A stretch of DNA of 64,000 nucleotides from positions 41,275 through 105,274 of the forward strand of contig BCKQ01000002.1 of the NCBI GenBank assembly GCA_001600695.1. The letters are read 5' to 3'. Numbering within the stretch: the first letter of the stretch is position 1; every line of letters begins with the position of its first letter. A program made the translations under genes and the position numbers. Positions 22,202-35,639 of this stretch are shown piece after piece. This stretch comes from Ascoidea asiatica JCM 7603 (taxonomy: Eukaryota > Fungi > Ascomycota). A model generated the notes under the pieces. That model was not told the origin of the DNA. It saw only the letters and a program-made list of their open reading frames with translations, and searched no databases.

Positions 22202-22969
22202 ATGTTTTTAACTAAAGCAAAGTTAGCCGAGATATTAAAATCAAAGCAAATATTCTCTTCTATTATTAATTCACCAGCTAAAATGAACTTACTCCAGATA
22301 CTTTATTCTTCAAGAAATGCTTTTTTATATGGTGCAAAGCTTCGTATGGCTCATTCTTTAGTTCTATTCTTTTTATTATCTAAAACCAAATCATTGAGGT
22401 CTTTTAAATTAAAAATCAAAAAAATAATCCAAAATTCCTTCAAGCATGGCTTCTCTTTAGCGATTTATGCATTTTCATATAAATTTTTATTATATTTCTT
22501 CAGAACTTTAAGAAATTCTTCTAGTATAACAAACTTTAAAACCAAAAATATGACTAAAACTATAATGAAAAAACATAAAAAAACTAGTAATAAAAATCTT
22601 CCCATAGATTATTTTTTATCTGGATCAATAGCTTCATTATTTATCTTTGGCGATATAATTCCATATTTTACAAATCAAATAACTTTTCAAATAACATTAT
22701 ACCTTCTTTCTAGAGTTTTATTAGCTTTATCAAAAAGACTTTCAATATTTTTATTTTTTTCAAATCCCAAGTTAATAAGCTTTTATAAATCTCTATCTTT
22801 ATCAAAAATTCAAAAATTTTTCTGGGCAATAACTGCTTCTTTAACTTGGGGTTTAATAATGGTTCTTCATATACATGACCCAAGTAATATGAATTATTCA
22901 TTAAAGCTTTCAATGGATTATATTTATTCTGATTATAATTTGGATTCATTTTTAAATTTCTTATTTTAG
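22202..22969 (+). CDS. PXMP4: Peroxisomal membrane protein 4 (PXMP4/PMP24, Tim17-related family)
   Basis: RNAFLYGAKLRMAHSLV resembles the PXMP4 RNG..YG.K.R.PH.LV motif; also QITLYLLSRV, LTWGLIM and SMDYIY. Confidence 0.8.
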   Translation: MFLTKAKLAEILKSKQIFSSIINSPAKMNLLQILYSSRNAFLYGAKLRMAHSLVLFFLLSKTKSLRSFKLKIKKIIQNSFKHGFSLAIYAFSYKFLLYFFRTLRNSSSITNFKTKNMTKTIMKKHKKTSNKNLPIDYFLSGSIASLFIFGDIIPYFTNQITFQITLYLLSRVLLALSKRLSIFLFFSNPKLISFYKSLSLSKIQKFFWAITASLTWGLIMVLHIHDPSNMNYSLKLSMDYIYSDYNLDSFLNFLF

Positions 22970-23432
22970 ATGGAGTATATCTATAATTTTATTTCAGTAA
23001 TTTTTGTTATAACTGCATACAATAAAAATTAAACATTTATTCGAATCAAGCAACTATCATTTATTTTTAGCTTATAATAAATACTTTAGCCATATTTAAA
23101 TTTCTATTGTGTACAATTTTCTTAAGTACTTAAAATTCGATTATTTAGCTTATTGATCTTCCCCTTTTATATAAACGTAGACATTTTCAGATAAGTATTA
23201 ATGAAAACTACAACAGTAAGAACGAGGATAAGTTGAAATATAATATCCTGAGTATTTTCAAGCTTGTTAAATTTACTTTTGCAGCATGGCACCTTGAAAA
23301 AGTTATGATAAGAAATGAGTGAAGTTTATAATAACTACGCGTTTTATTTAATTTTTAAAATTTAAGATTTTTATTAAAAAATCATTAAGATTATTCTATT
23401 ATATTATTGATTTATATAATTCAGGTTGTAAT

Positions 23433-26273
23433 TTAGCATCTTATTAATTCGAATCTTTCGTCAATCATTTTTTGTCTTCCGATATATTCTAAGGTTCTTT
23501 GAAAATGCTTAACTGGTAGGTCATCAATCTCATTGTTTTCAAGATTATTTTTGATTAGCTCAATTAAATTATTAACATAATTTGAAGATATTAAATTTCC
23601 ATGAATATAATAATATATACATTGATTCAAAATTTCAATGAATAATTCAATTGACACTGAACTTTCAATACAACTATCTGAAATTCTTAAAGATTTTTGC
23701 AAACATTCCATAACTCTTTTATTACTGGTGATTAGATTTTCGTTTGAAGCTTTATCATCTTTCAATTCCCTTTTATTATTTATATGTGGCTTAATGTCAT
23801 TTGATTGATACCATAAATGAGAGGCAAAATAAACTGCTCTACATTGATCTGGCTTCTTAAGCAATTTGACAGAATACAAAACAATTTTGGTTATTAGATT
23901 ATCATAATTTTCTTTATCAAGGTCACTTTCACTTTCAATATAAAAGTTATTATAATATGAGATTAAGATGGAGATTAATTCAGTTATTATTTGATATTGC
24001 TGTTTAGAGTTAACTAATTCTTCATAAATTGAAAAAATTTTAATAAAAAATTCATTGGTAAAATCGTTCATATAAATTTCATTTGAAATATTAGAAATAG
24101 AGATTAATAATTTCATCGCCAACTCTAAAGAACCGATTTCCGTTAACTCATTAACATATTTTGTTAAATTCCTAAAGATTTTTCTAATTTCAGTTGTATG
24201 ACGTTTAATCTTTTTATCATATTTTTCTTTTAAATCTTTATGCAATTCAATCTCTTTCACAAATTTGGATATTTTGAAATTAGCTCTTCTGATTATCTTA
24301 AGATAATTGAATATCAATGAACTATATGTGAATTTTATTTTATTACCTCCTTTACATAAAAATTTAGCTGTAATATCCAATAATTGAGAATTTTTAATTG
24401 GGTTTTTATTATAAACAAGATGCAAAATTCTAGCAATTCTTTCTTGATTCAATAATATTTCCCTAGTAAACTCCTCTTCATTTGAATTATCTGAAGAATT
24501 AATCTCTTTAATACCTTCACCGAATAAAAGTGATGCAGAAGCAGATACTTTTCTCGAATTTTCACCTTCGTTATCTTTTGAGTTTTTTTCATTGATTGTT
24601 ATACTTAGCAAATTAAATACGCATACTACAGCATCTTCATTCTCAAGTTTCATTTCTTGGTCTAATATTTTCTGAAGATATTCTTGAGCAATAAAATTAT
24701 GGACTTGAGATGATTGACTTTGTAATAATTTATTATAGTTTTTAAGCTTTAATAATAATTCAAGATTGATTTTTGATTCTGATTTGGTATACTGTTGCGC
24801 AAAAACACTTACAAAATTAACAGGAATTAAAAGAATATTTTTTAAGTTTTCTTCAGTAGAAGTAGATGAAGACTCTCTTATATCTTTGAAATCCTCTAAA
24901 CTTTTCAAGGTAAAGTCTAATAATAAATCAATGTTTTGATAGTTTTTAGGATAATAGGTTAATGAAAGCTTACAAAGTTTTTCAATTAAGGCAGTAATAT
25001 CTTCAATTGATAAATCAGGTCTCAATTCATTAAGTTTTTGAATATAATCATAAAATCTTTCAAATAAATCAAAATTTTTTTTTGAGTTTTCATTACCATC
25101 TAATTTATTTTTTATGGAATTATTTTCAATATCCACTATAGGATCTTTTTTAAATTTATCATCAGTCTTTGTGAATACTTTATGATCAGGATTTTCATTA
25201 TTTCTGTTAATTTTATTTTCAGGTTCAATATTTTTACTGTTACTTTTTTCTTTTTCTTTTTCTTTTTCTTTTTCTTTTTCTTTTTCTTTTTCTTTTTCGT
25301 TTTTGTTTTTGTTTTCATCTATATCTTCAATAGTTAATTTATTCAAATCAACAATCCCATTTTCCCTATTGATAAAGTTAGTTAATCTTGTCATTAAAGT
25401 TATTAGAATTTTTTTTAAACTAACTTGAGGAATTAAATTTAAGGTAGCATCTAATAAAGTATCTAAAGTGAATAAATGAAATTCATCAGGAAAAACTTGA
25501 ATAATAACATCCAGTAGATATTCTTGAGCAATTGAATCTCTGCATTGAACAATCTGTTCTAAAATTCTTGGTAAAATTTGATTTGAATAGATATTTTTAT
25601 TGATATTTTCTAATTGAGATAATCTAACAAGATTTGAACCAACTAATATTTGAAGTTGTTTTCTTTCAATGGTTCTTTTATTTCTTTCTCTTGAATGACC
25701 TTGATGTTGAAGTCTAACCCATAACTTATTCATTTCAATAAAGTTATTCAAAATAAATTCGATAGATTCATTAACTGATTCAGTTGTATCGGGAAGTAAA
25801 TTCTTTGTTCTCTGTGATAAATAATAACGAAGAAAAAGACCTCTTATTGGATGTTGAACACCCCTACACATTTCAATCATATCTTTAATGATTTCATGCA
25901 ATGGAGAGTCTTTGATTGACATATAAACAGTACCAACAGTAATCATTAAGTATAATCTTGGAATAATATTACCAGCATATTGAACTAATTCATATAAATC
26001 ACTTAAATGATTATTTGGATGATTTTCTTTCAAATAATTAGATAATAAAGATAAGGAATCATAAACATTTATGTATAATTCATAATATTGTTTCGGTTCT
26101 AAAGAAGAAGTTCTTAATTCTGATAAGAATGTTGAGGCATGTTTTAATGCATCCATTAATTTTTTGGAATCCAAACACTTTTTCATTAAAATGGTTTGCT
26201 GCTTGATTATTGTTAAAGAGTCATTAAGCATTATACCCTGCTCATTAGCAGTTACAATTCTAGTTGAAGCCAT
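23433..26273 (-). CDS. VPS35: Retromer subunit Vps35
   Basis: LYELVQYAGNIIPRLYL, CRGVQHPIRGLFLR, NFIEMNKLWVRLQHQG, KLLKKPDQCRAV. Confidence 0.98.
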   Translation of the reverse strand: MASTRIVTANEQGIMLNDSLTIIKQQTILMKKCLDSKKLMDALKHASTFLSELRTSSLEPKQYYELYINVYDSLSLLSNYLKENHPNNHLSDLYELVQYAGNIIPRLYLMITVGTVYMSIKDSPLHEIIKDMIEMCRGVQHPIRGLFLRYYLSQRTKNLLPDTTESVNESIEFILNNFIEMNKLWVRLQHQGHSRERNKRTIERKQLQILVGSNLVRLSQLENINKNIYSNQILPRILEQIVQCRDSIAQEYLLDVIIQVFPDEFHLFTLDTLLDATLNLIPQVSLKKILITLMTRLTNFINRENGIVDLNKLTIEDIDENKNKNEKEKEKEKEKEKEKEKEKSNSKNIEPENKINRNNENPDHKVFTKTDDKFKKDPIVDIENNSIKNKLDGNENSKKNFDLFERFYDYIQKLNELRPDLSIEDITALIEKLCKLSLTYYPKNYQNIDLLLDFTLKSLEDFKDIRESSSTSTEENLKNILLIPVNFVSVFAQQYTKSESKINLELLLKLKNYNKLLQSQSSQVHNFIAQEYLQKILDQEMKLENEDAVVCVFNLLSITINEKNSKDNEGENSRKVSASASLLFGEGIKEINSSDNSNEEEFTREILLNQERIARILHLVYNKNPIKNSQLLDITAKFLCKGGNKIKFTYSSLIFNYLKIIRRANFKISKFVKEIELHKDLKEKYDKKIKRHTTEIRKIFRNLTKYVNELTEIGSLELAMKLLISISNISNEIYMNDFTNEFFIKIFSIYEELVNSKQQYQIITELISILISYYNNFYIESESDLDKENYDNLITKIVLYSVKLLKKPDQCRAVYFASHLWYQSNDIKPHINNKRELKDDKASNENLITSNKRVMECLQKSLRISDSCIESSVSIELFIEILNQCIYYYIHGNLISSNYVNNLIELIKNNLENNEIDDLPVKHFQRTLEYIGRQKMIDERFELIRC
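25245..25298 (-). repeat. (GAAAAA)n coding repeat giving a KE tract in a Vps35 insertion
   Basis: tttttc hexamer repeats on the plus strand; protein EKEKEKEKEKEKEKEKEK. Confidence 0.9.
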
Positions 26274-27265
26274 TATATAATAAAGCTTAACAAATTTGAA
26301 TTTCAGACTTATTGTTAGAATATATAGCTTGACTAATCCTAATGTATCAGACGACTTAAAATAATTTGAAGTAAAGGAATATTAATAATAAGTCTAAAAT
26401 ATATAGGAAAATAGTTGAACCAGATAAGTTTGAAAAATCTAAATGTATCAAATGGAAGATAAAGAAAAAAGAATAAAGGCTAGTCTACTCAACCAAGTCA
26501 CAACCTACACAAATATTGATAAGAGCAAATGAGATTCTAATTTGATTTACTAATAATATTGATGTAAGTTTTAAAGAACGACAATTGTTAATATATCACC
26601 ACTACATACAATAAGCTTATATTATCTATAAAAATATTCATATTATTCATAGAAAATTTGAAAATTAGAACATAGATATATTTTGATCAAATTCAGAATA
26701 TCTTCAAAGAGCGAATGAGAAAACGCAGTGTTCCAGCAGTCCTGAGATCCTCCTGAGTTTGAGCTGTTGCCAACAATTAATCACTGTTACCTCTCGACAC
26801 CTTTACCAATACAACAGAGATTTGGCTGAACAATGCCCGTCTGGTAACGTGGCGGTGGCGGTTTGTTGGCGTTGTTCCCCAGCCACTGTACAGAAATTCG
26901 CCACACACTCCGCCCAAGCAATATTTGTATCCTGGATTATATTTTCCGGATCCTAGACTAGCGAATATCATTAACTAATTATTTCGATATATTCTGTTGT
27001 ACCGGTTAAATATTGTCTGTCATATTGATTTTTACGATGCCTAATAAAATATACATGTATTATCAGTTAAATAAAATTAAAGATCTCAAACTCAATAGAA
27101 AAAAAAAGAAAGTAGAAAATAAATATACAAAAAAAATTTTGAAAAAAAAAAGATGACACCTAGCTGTATTGCTTCTCTCTAAGGAATTCTAATTCCTGGA
27201 ATTCTGTTACTATGCTTTTATATTATTATATTACCTTATATATTAAAGATCTAATTTTGAACCTA

Positions 27266-30200
27266 TTAAGCTTCATAACTTTCCCAGTTATCTACTATAG
27301 ATCTTATTTTATCTGATTTGGTTAATTCATAAACTTCTTCGAAATATTCTTTAGTTATTTCAAAGGGTTTAGCTGTTAAGTTAGGAATATATTTACCCAC
27401 CAAGTTTGCAGGTTTGATAGCATTTTTTGGAACTTTCTTTTCAAGAAATCTTTGAAATGGTTTAACACCACTTCTAAGATATGATGAATGAAATGGAACC
27501 GAAATACCCTTTAATGGAATACAAGCAAATCCTCTTTCTAATTCAATTGGCTGTGATTTTTCACTACTTTTTTTTGCAACTTCTGTGACAATTTCACTCA
27601 AATGTTCTGCAACTTTTTCTATACTCATAGTATTTAATAATTTATCAATATCAATTTTTTGTAATTTGAATACATTCAAAACATTTGTTAATGTATCTAA
27701 TCCTCTTAGATCTCCTGCTGCAACATATTGTTGATTTTCAACATTATAATTTACAATTTCTAATAACCATTTAGTTTGTTCTGCAATATGTGTAACAACA
27801 AATCTTAAAGCTGAATCATTGAAAGTTTTAGAAATTCTTGATGGATTAACTGCTATCATTCCATAATTACTTCTTCCTTTTTCATCTCTTGGTACTGCAA
27901 CTTGCATTGTCATTCCTCTATAAAATACAACTTCAACTAAACTTTCAATTGGCATAACATCCCCTAGAGATGCAAGTGCAGAATATTCTCCTAATGAATG
28001 TCCTGCAAACATACAATCTTGTGGAACAAGACCTTTGGTTTTTAAATCTTCAAATGATGCTTTTTCCATTAATGTTAAAGCTGGTTGAGTGAATTGTGTA
28101 GCTGATAAAAGACCTGTTGGTGATTTAAATGTAAATGATTTAGTATCTTTTGTAATAGTTTTGAAAATCTTTTCTGATTTCAACTCCCCATTTTTTCCAA
28201 TTGTTTCAAACATCATTGTCATATAATTTTCTTTTATTTTTTTACCTTCAGCACCTCCAAAATGAATTGTTAATTCATTTGGATTATTTTTCACAATATC
28301 TAATATTGAAAATCCATAAGTATTTAAAAAATGTCTATCTGCTCTATCCCAAACATCTCTTGCAACTTTAGATTTACTGTATAAATCCATACCCATACCT
28401 TGCTCTTGAGACCCTTGCCCAGTAAATACATATGCAGATAATGGTTGTTCAATCTCAGCTTCACCTATTAAAACTGTAGCTCCGGTTTCTGCGTTCTTTG
28501 TTTCAATCTTGATAATTTTACGTCCATTAATCATTCCAACCATATCTAAGCTTGTCTCCAAATTACTATTAGGTAATATCATTGCAACAAAATTACAACT
28601 ATAAGCTCTAACTCTTGAAGCAACATTATCTGCTGCCCATGTTTCCACTAATGCTCGAACAATAGCTGAAGTGTACATTCCATGTGTAATTGTTCCTGGT
28701 AAATTAGCATATTCAGAAAATACTCTTGAAACATGAATTGGATTGAAATCACCAGAAACAGCTGCATAAGCATCATTACTTCCTGGAGTTTTTTCGTTTA
28801 ATTCTTCACCAGAACTGATAGGGATTGTATTATCAAATAAAACTGGTTGTTCAATGGTATTCCCGTTTCTAGTTAAATAATCCATGACAGGGTTACCATA
28901 TGATTCACTAGCTTCATATTCAATAGTACCAACCGATTTAATCTCTTTTGTTGGAAGTTCAAGTAAAACTTGACCAGTAGTCTTCACTGAAGAAAATAAT
29001 GTTTCGCTCTTGAATGTAACTTCTGTATTACAACGGAAAGTCAATGTTTGATTAATTAAATCAAGTTTAGGATCAAGTAAATGAACCCACTCTTTAGATC
29101 TTAATACAGCAACATCTTTCATAGATTTGAAATAAATTTCAATTGGGGTTTCTTCTTTCTTTTCGAAAGTATTTTCAAAAGAATTATATTCACCCCTATA
29201 AAAAAATTCAGAAGTGACCTCCATTACCTGTTCACCATCTCTCATAATAATTCCAACAACACGAACTTGTTTACCAGTAGGTTTATTAATGATTGCTTTA
29301 ATCTCAGCATAAGTAGTTACCACATCTCCTAATTTCAATGGTGTTGCATCTGGCATCATTTTATAACCATTTGAAAGATGAACTAATTTCAATAAATCTC
29401 CATCAATCACTTTAGGGAAAATAGCCTTCATTATAGCTTTCCATCCAACGACAATTGCAAAATCCATTGGTGCTAATGTTTCTTGACCAGACCTTTCAAC
29501 ATATGATTCACAGTTATTACCAATAGCATGAGTGAACTCGGATATGGCTTGTCCAGTAATTTTAACTTCGTCACCTGTTATCAATGATTGGACATCTAAT
29601 TCAATTTGAGGTTCTTCTGCACCGAACCATAATCTCCAATAAAATTGTTTTATACGATCATTTCTTCCTTCAATATGTTCTTTAATAAGGGCAAATCCAT
29701 CTGTTCTATCAAATGAATATAATAATTCTAATGCTTCTGGTTTATTATCAAAAGTACGATGTTCAATTAAATTCATTGAAATAGTCTTAAGATCAGATTT
29801 CAACTTTATTTCAACAGTTTTTTTATACTTTCCTTTGAATGGCTCATAAAGATTTAAAGTAGATTTATTTGGATTTGAAAAATTTGAAATAGATATTTTA
29901 ATATTAGCCGATGGTGCCAACAATTTATGGGTCGGATTTGGAAGAAATTTTATTCCTTGGACTATTCTATTACTTGAAATAAAAGCATGTAGCCAAGAAC
30001 GCTTTGATCCAGCTAATAAATCAAGCCACTCTTTTTTAGATGGTAAATTTCTATCACTAAGATTATAAGTGACTTCATCAGAGTCCTTGACAACTTTAAC
30101 ATGGGATAAAGTCTCAGCATCTTTTGGAGATGATACCCCACCAAAATATTCAACAACAGGGATTGTGGATGCATCATCATTATAAAAATCTTTGATAAGT

Positions 30201-33200
30201 TTTTCAATGTGACCATTGTGAATACCATCCATGATTTCTTTCACAGGTTCATCAACCTTAACTGTATATTGAGCTGCAACTGGGCCATGCAAAATGCAAG
30301 TTCTTTGAACATCTTGATCTACTACAGCTTCAAGATCTTCTGATTGCCATAAAGAATCCTTTTTGAAAAATACTTCAAGTCTCTCATCAATAACTGGTAC
30401 AAAAGGAACAGGCTTTTGCATAGGATTTTGACATTCTAATAAGAAGTAGTCGCAATCTTCTTGATTTATTAGTTGAGTTTCAATTGCAGGGTAAGAAGAA
30501 ATCAATTTTTCATAGACAAAATCAGGATTAGACAATTGATCGAAATTTTGTAAAATGGATAAAGTTTTAGTAGTAATAAATCTTTCCTCGATTCTTCTTA
30601 TTAGTTTACCAGCAAAGTTTCTTAAAGATATATCAATCCACTGATTCCTAGATCTAACATACATTAATTCAATTAATCTTAGAATAAGTTCACCATATGT
30701 CATATCTAAAATATCACAAGGTCCAGAAGCGTTTTTACCAAACCATGGCTTTTGGAAATCAGCATTTAGTCTCTTGATAATATAATCCTTCTTTTCAAGT
30801 AAAGCATCTAAAAGTTTATTTTTAGGTAATTTAAAAAATTTGTCATCAAATTCTTTCCATAACAATACACCTCTTGTAGCGATTTTATGAATTGGCTCAC
30901 CCATTTCGGAACGAACTGTAACAATTCCTCCAGTTGGTTTTTTGTAGGTTTGCTCCCAAAGTTCATCACCTACACCTGCACATGATGCAATAAGTTCCTT
31001 AACTTTTGGAGATGTTTTACATTCTTTAGCAACCATGACTCTAGAGCCAAAAAGGAAACCATCAAATGGCATTGGTGGATAATTAAATTTGCTTGACCAT
31101 TCACCAGTTAAATAAGGATAGGTTTCCTCATTTGAACCAAAACCTGAACCTGCAACTAGAATAATGTTAGACTGCTTTCTTATCTTGGAATACATTTGAA
31201 GTATAGGCTGATGGAAATCTTCGAATGAATGATGACCACCTCCACGACCACCCGTCCACTGTAAAACTATAGGAAAATCTGGATATGCTTTGGCAATAGA
31301 AATACATTGAGAGATGGAATCAATTGAACCGGGTTTTAAGCCTAGATGTGTTAGGCCTAATGTCTCAATATATTCCCCTGCAACTTCTAATGAAGGAACA
31401 CCGGCACCTATTGTTAACGATTGAATTGGGAATCCTTTTTCTCTTAATTCCTTTATCATAGGAATTCCCCATTGAAGCATTCTTGGATTCACATAAATTA
31501 AATTGATTCCAATTCCACAACCGGGCTCAATTTTATCAGTAATTTTTTTCAAAGCATTTGTCATCATTGGAGCAGTGAAATAACCACCACCAGCTAATTC
31601 AATATGATAACCAGCATTAATTGTACTTGCAACAAAATCTGGACTAACAGTCGAAGGTGTCATTCCAGGAATCATTAAAGGAGGTCTCCCCAATAATCTT
31701 GAAAATTTTGTGTCGACAAAAGTTTTTCCTGAAACAGTTTTTACAAGCTTAGGCTTAAATTCAGCAAACCAATTAGAGGCCCATCTAATAGATTCAGTAT
31801 TCCTATCAAAAATTTCTTCCTTAAAGCCAAATTCATCATCAGAATTAGCATTATCAAAAGTACCGGCTAGTATAATTCTAACACCAGTACCATCTTTATT
31901 ACGATGAGTTAAAACACCTAATCCAGACAGACCACCAGGGCCAAAATCGAGAATATGAGTAGCTTTGAAAGTAGTGGCTTTTTCCCAGTGAACAGGCAAC
32001 TTAGTAATGGACATGACAATTCTTTTGGCTAATGAACCATCAAAACTTCTTAAATCGGAACCATCAAAAGTATCAAAAACAGGAATTTTAAGAGCTTCTT
32101 GACTGAACTCAATATTATTTGACGATAAATCAGCTACTATCTTATCAAGAGCTGGATCTAATAAAGGACTATGAAAAGGAGAAGTTATTGGTAAAAATCT
32201 ATTAGAAAATTTTAGCTTTCTTTCAGAAAACGGAACTCTTGCTTGATCTAAGCCAGGAGCGGCTTTAGCTTTTCTAAGCGAAAGATTTAAGCCACATAAA
32301 GATTGGGGAGGACCACTTACAACAATATTTCTAGCCCCGTTTATTAAAGAAATTACCATTTTATTTTCTTCCGGTAAATGCTTATTTGTTTTAGCAACAA
32401 AACTTTCAACTTCATCTAAAGAAAGATCTCTAATTGATAACATTGGAGAAGGTCTACCTTCATTGTTTTCAATTGAATCAGAAAATACTGAAGGAGGTAA
32501 AGATGTATTTGGATAAACTTGTAAGCATCTAAAACCAATAAAAAATAATAAGGAAACAGCTTTTAAAGAATTTTGAATAAAAGAATCCCAATCACTAGAA
32601 GCAGCTATAGCTACTGCAGTTGCTAACCCTTGAGAATGACCTGTTGCACCTTTGATCGAGTCCCTCAATTGACCTGGAGTAATTTCCAAAATTTTTGCTG
32701 TCAAAGCAAAATGACAAATTTGAATAACTCCTATAATTGGACAAGAAATTGGAATTGATAATAAATAATCATTATCAGGAGTTTTTTCAGGGTTATTTAA
32801 CCAAGATTTGATATCTAAGCCTTGAGTGTATACTTTTTCTGAATCTTTGGTTATTGAAACTAAATTTTTTAAAGTTATATCAAATTGGGAAATTAAATCG
32901 GATATTAAAGGAGAATATATATGATAGATATCTCTTAATTCTTCGAAATAGTCTTCAGTATTACCTTGGCCACCAAATATAGCATAAATATTAGCCGATT
33001 TTGAAGACAATAAAGCAGATTTTGGAGTTATAGAAGATTTAGAAGAAGATATTAAAGTTGAAGATTGTGATTGTAATTGAGCTTCGTATATAGTTTTAGC
33101 AGAATAATAATTTTTTATCATATCTTTGACTTTTTCAATTGAAGTTGGATATTCTTCATCTTTTAGAGAAATTGAGGCTAAGTAGTGAATATCTTTATTT

Positions 33201-33496
33201 GATAAATAGGAGGAATTAAATTCTGATAAAGACAAAGATAAAACTTCATCAAAAGAACCTTTAAAAGAAGGATCTACAAAAGTTGCAGCATAGCCAATAA
33301 ATTTAGATAATAATTCACATGGAGAAGAAGGTTCTTCTGGAGAAGCATAAGATTCTGTAGGAGCAGGTAATTTTTTTTGAAATTGTTCTTTTAATTGAGA
33401 AGTAGCAAAAAAAGCGCTTGTTGGAACTAATAAAGTATATTCTAAAGCACCATGAGATATGATTAAAGGTCTCATTGTATGTTGTTGATGAGACAT
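27266..33496 (-). CDS. FAS1: Fatty acid synthase beta subunit
   Basis: 2076 aa; [13 protein letters not shown] (acetyltransferase), [11 protein letters not shown] (enoyl reductase), SGDFNPIH (dehydratase), GHSLGEY (malonyl/palmitoyl transferase). Confidence 0.99.
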   Translation of the reverse strand: MSHQQHTMRPLIISHGALEYTLLVPTSAFFATSQLKEQFQKKLPAPTESYASPEEPSSPCELLSKFIGYAATFVDPSFKGSFDEVLSLSLSEFNSSYLSNKDIHYLASISLKDEEYPTSIEKVKDMIKNYYSAKTIYEAQLQSQSSTLISSSKSSITPKSALLSSKSANIYAIFGGQGNTEDYFEELRDIYHIYSPLISDLISQFDITLKNLVSITKDSEKVYTQGLDIKSWLNNPEKTPDNDYLLSIPISCPIIGVIQICHFALTAKILEITPGQLRDSIKGATGHSQGLATAVAIAASSDWDSFIQNSLKAVSLLFFIGFRCLQVYPNTSLPPSVFSDSIENNEGRPSPMLSIRDLSLDEVESFVAKTNKHLPEENKMVISLINGARNIVVSGPPQSLCGLNLSLRKAKAAPGLDQARVPFSERKLKFSNRFLPITSPFHSPLLDPALDKIVADLSSNNIEFSQEALKIPVFDTFDGSDLRSFDGSLAKRIVMSITKLPVHWEKATTFKATHILDFGPGGLSGLGVLTHRNKDGTGVRIILAGTFDNANSDDEFGFKEEIFDRNTESIRWASNWFAEFKPKLVKTVSGKTFVDTKFSRLLGRPPLMIPGMTPSTVSPDFVASTINAGYHIELAGGGYFTAPMMTNALKKITDKIEPGCGIGINLIYVNPRMLQWGIPMIKELREKGFPIQSLTIGAGVPSLEVAGEYIETLGLTHLGLKPGSIDSISQCISIAKAYPDFPIVLQWTGGRGGGHHSFEDFHQPILQMYSKIRKQSNIILVAGSGFGSNEETYPYLTGEWSSKFNYPPMPFDGFLFGSRVMVAKECKTSPKVKELIASCAGVGDELWEQTYKKPTGGIVTVRSEMGEPIHKIATRGVLLWKEFDDKFFKLPKNKLLDALLEKKDYIIKRLNADFQKPWFGKNASGPCDILDMTYGELILRLIELMYVRSRNQWIDISLRNFAGKLIRRIEERFITTKTLSILQNFDQLSNPDFVYEKLISSYPAIETQLINQEDCDYFLLECQNPMQKPVPFVPVIDERLEVFFKKDSLWQSEDLEAVVDQDVQRTCILHGPVAAQYTVKVDEPVKEIMDGIHNGHIEKLIKDFYNDDASTIPVVEYFGGVSSPKDAETLSHVKVVKDSDEVTYNLSDRNLPSKKEWLDLLAGSKRSWLHAFISSNRIVQGIKFLPNPTHKLLAPSANIKISISNFSNPNKSTLNLYEPFKGKYKKTVEIKLKSDLKTISMNLIEHRTFDNKPEALELLYSFDRTDGFALIKEHIEGRNDRIKQFYWRLWFGAEEPQIELDVQSLITGDEVKITGQAISEFTHAIGNNCESYVERSGQETLAPMDFAIVVGWKAIMKAIFPKVIDGDLLKLVHLSNGYKMMPDATPLKLGDVVTTYAEIKAIINKPTGKQVRVVGIIMRDGEQVMEVTSEFFYRGEYNSFENTFEKKEETPIEIYFKSMKDVAVLRSKEWVHLLDPKLDLINQTLTFRCNTEVTFKSETLFSSVKTTGQVLLELPTKEIKSVGTIEYEASESYGNPVMDYLTRNGNTIEQPVLFDNTIPISSGEELNEKTPGSNDAYAAVSGDFNPIHVSRVFSEYANLPGTITHGMYTSAIVRALVETWAADNVASRVRAYSCNFVAMILPNSNLETSLDMVGMINGRKIIKIETKNAETGATVLIGEAEIEQPLSAYVFTGQGSQEQGMGMDLYSKSKVARDVWDRADRHFLNTYGFSILDIVKNNPNELTIHFGGAEGKKIKENYMTMMFETIGKNGELKSEKIFKTITKDTKSFTFKSPTGLLSATQFTQPALTLMEKASFEDLKTKGLVPQDCMFAGHSLGEYSALASLGDVMPIESLVEVVFYRGMTMQVAVPRDEKGRSNYGMIAVNPSRISKTFNDSALRFVVTHIAEQTKWLLEIVNYNVENQQYVAAGDLRGLDTLTNVLNVFKLQKIDIDKLLNTMSIEKVAEHLSEIVTEVAKKSSEKSQPIELERGFACIPLKGISVPFHSSYLRSGVKPFQRFLEKKVPKNAIKPANLVGKYIPNLTAKPFEITKEYFEEVYELTKSDKIRSIVDNWESYEA

Positions 33497-35639
33497 TACT
33501 TTTCCAAAAAAATAAAAAAGAAAGGTTAGTTAATTGAATTCAAGGAATGGTGATGGATAATTTGAAAGTTTTCCAAAAGAAATAAAAAACAGAATCTATA
33601 ATCTTTTATATTCAACTTTATCCCTTAATTTTAGTCTTTTAATTTTAGTTTCTTAATTTTCAAATGTAAATAAACTACCCTTTGATTAAACGAGCGATTT
33701 CAGAATTTGAAAATTCTTTGATGAAGGAGTATTTTTTTATAAGATAATTTATTGATAGAAATGATTGATAACAGATAAGATTCAAAAATTCTTATTCATT
33801 GATAAAACTTGTAATTAAATTTCGAGATTTTAATAAAGTTCAATCGATTGAAAATTATCGAATATTTTATGAGTGGGTGTGAAAAATAAATTGGATGGCA
33901 AAATTTGATTTGTTGAAAGGAAGCGAGTTAAAAAGAATGTTGAGTTGGGACAAGCAATTAATAATAGTAGGGCTGTAGATAAATTTAGGACGAGTAAACA
34001 GGGCCAAGCAGGACAAAGTTAAATTAAAGAAAAAAAAAAAAAGGTACTTACTGTAAAAGAATATTTGGAGTTGAGAATAATTTTTAGAAGTTATTGATGG
34101 TCACTTCTACTTTCAGGTTTTTTTAAAAAGACTTATAGAAAAACAAATAGCAAGTTGATATAATGAAATTCTTAAATTCTTCCCTTTTTGTATTCAAATG
34201 GACGAAAATTAGCAGCAGTGATATATCCAATCTAGGTATTGTTGTTTAATCGTCGTACTTGAAAATTTGAATTATTGGAATAATGATGTTGGTCGAAAAA
34301 GAATATTGAATAATATAATAATCTAGTAATATAATATTAAAATACTAATAGAATTGAACTGTTATAATACTTTTATTGAATAGATTATACAGGTTTGGAA
34401 TAGTTGATAATAATATCTTATTAAAAGATCTTAAAAAAAAAATGTTGAGAGAGAGAGAGAAGTTTAATGAAAAAGATAAATGAAGAAAAATAAAATAAAA
34501 TAAAATAAAATAAAATAAAATGAAAAAAATAAAATAAAATAGACCAAAGAAATGAATTAAAAGGAAATCAGAAGGAAGATATATGAATAAAAGAATGAAA
34601 TTTTGGAGCACAATTCCACGTACTCGAATACAGTATCGATACCTTGTTAGCTGTACTGCTCTTTGAAGAAGAATCAAACGAATGAAATCAAACGAATGAA
34701 ACCAAATAAAATCAAATACAGTAAGAACTAGAGTACTAGTAATAGTACATCAATGTTACTGTACCGTATTAATGCAGAGCATAATTAATAAGGAAGCGAA
34801 GTTTTCAAAAAGAAAAGTTCTGAAAAAAGTTCTGAAAATATTTGAGAAATTGGAATTTAATTTTTGATGAATAAAATAATGTTAACGAGAAATTTCGATT
34901 TCAGTTCAAATTTTAGCACAACAGAGCAGATAGAGAGTAAAAAGCACCGATTGTGTACGAGCACCACCTTGAGCTTTTTCAACAATTCAAGCCTTTTGAG
35001 CTTTTCGAATTCAGCGGGCCCATTAGTGAGTGCTCTCTGCGGCTAGTGCACCACTCCCGCTGATAATAAATGAAAATTGTTGGGCTATATTTCAAACCAA
35101 CCAAGCTACCATGAAAAAGATCCAGTGAGATCCTTACTTCTGGTCGGGAAAACCAGACGTATAAAACTGTGGAAAACTGTTATGTATTGAAACCAGTTTG
35201 GTGGGTCTCAAAGCTCCATATACTGCAATTAGAAGTTAAAAAACGCACATATAAGCGTCCGTGCTTTTGATGCAAGTCACCTGATCGAGGCTATAATCAA
35301 AAGATGGCCTGCATCTTACCGTCTTTGCAAACCAAAACATTGAGCCAAATATATCTTTATCTGTATCTTCATTATTTCAGTTTCTTCATTATGAAAAAAA
35401 TACTTTGACAATATGAGAATATCGATCGAAAGTTAATCAGAGCTTTTGCTATATTTTGATGATATATTTCATTACCATCAATAGTAACTTATAGAGCATC
35501 ACATTATACTATTTCTAGATTCAAAGAGCAGATTTAGTATCATTTTTTACCAGACTAAGAGTGATTCATTTTCTTTTTTCCTATAGTATCTCAATATAAA
35601 TTTTAAAAGCATTTATATTTGAAATCAAATCTGTAAGTT

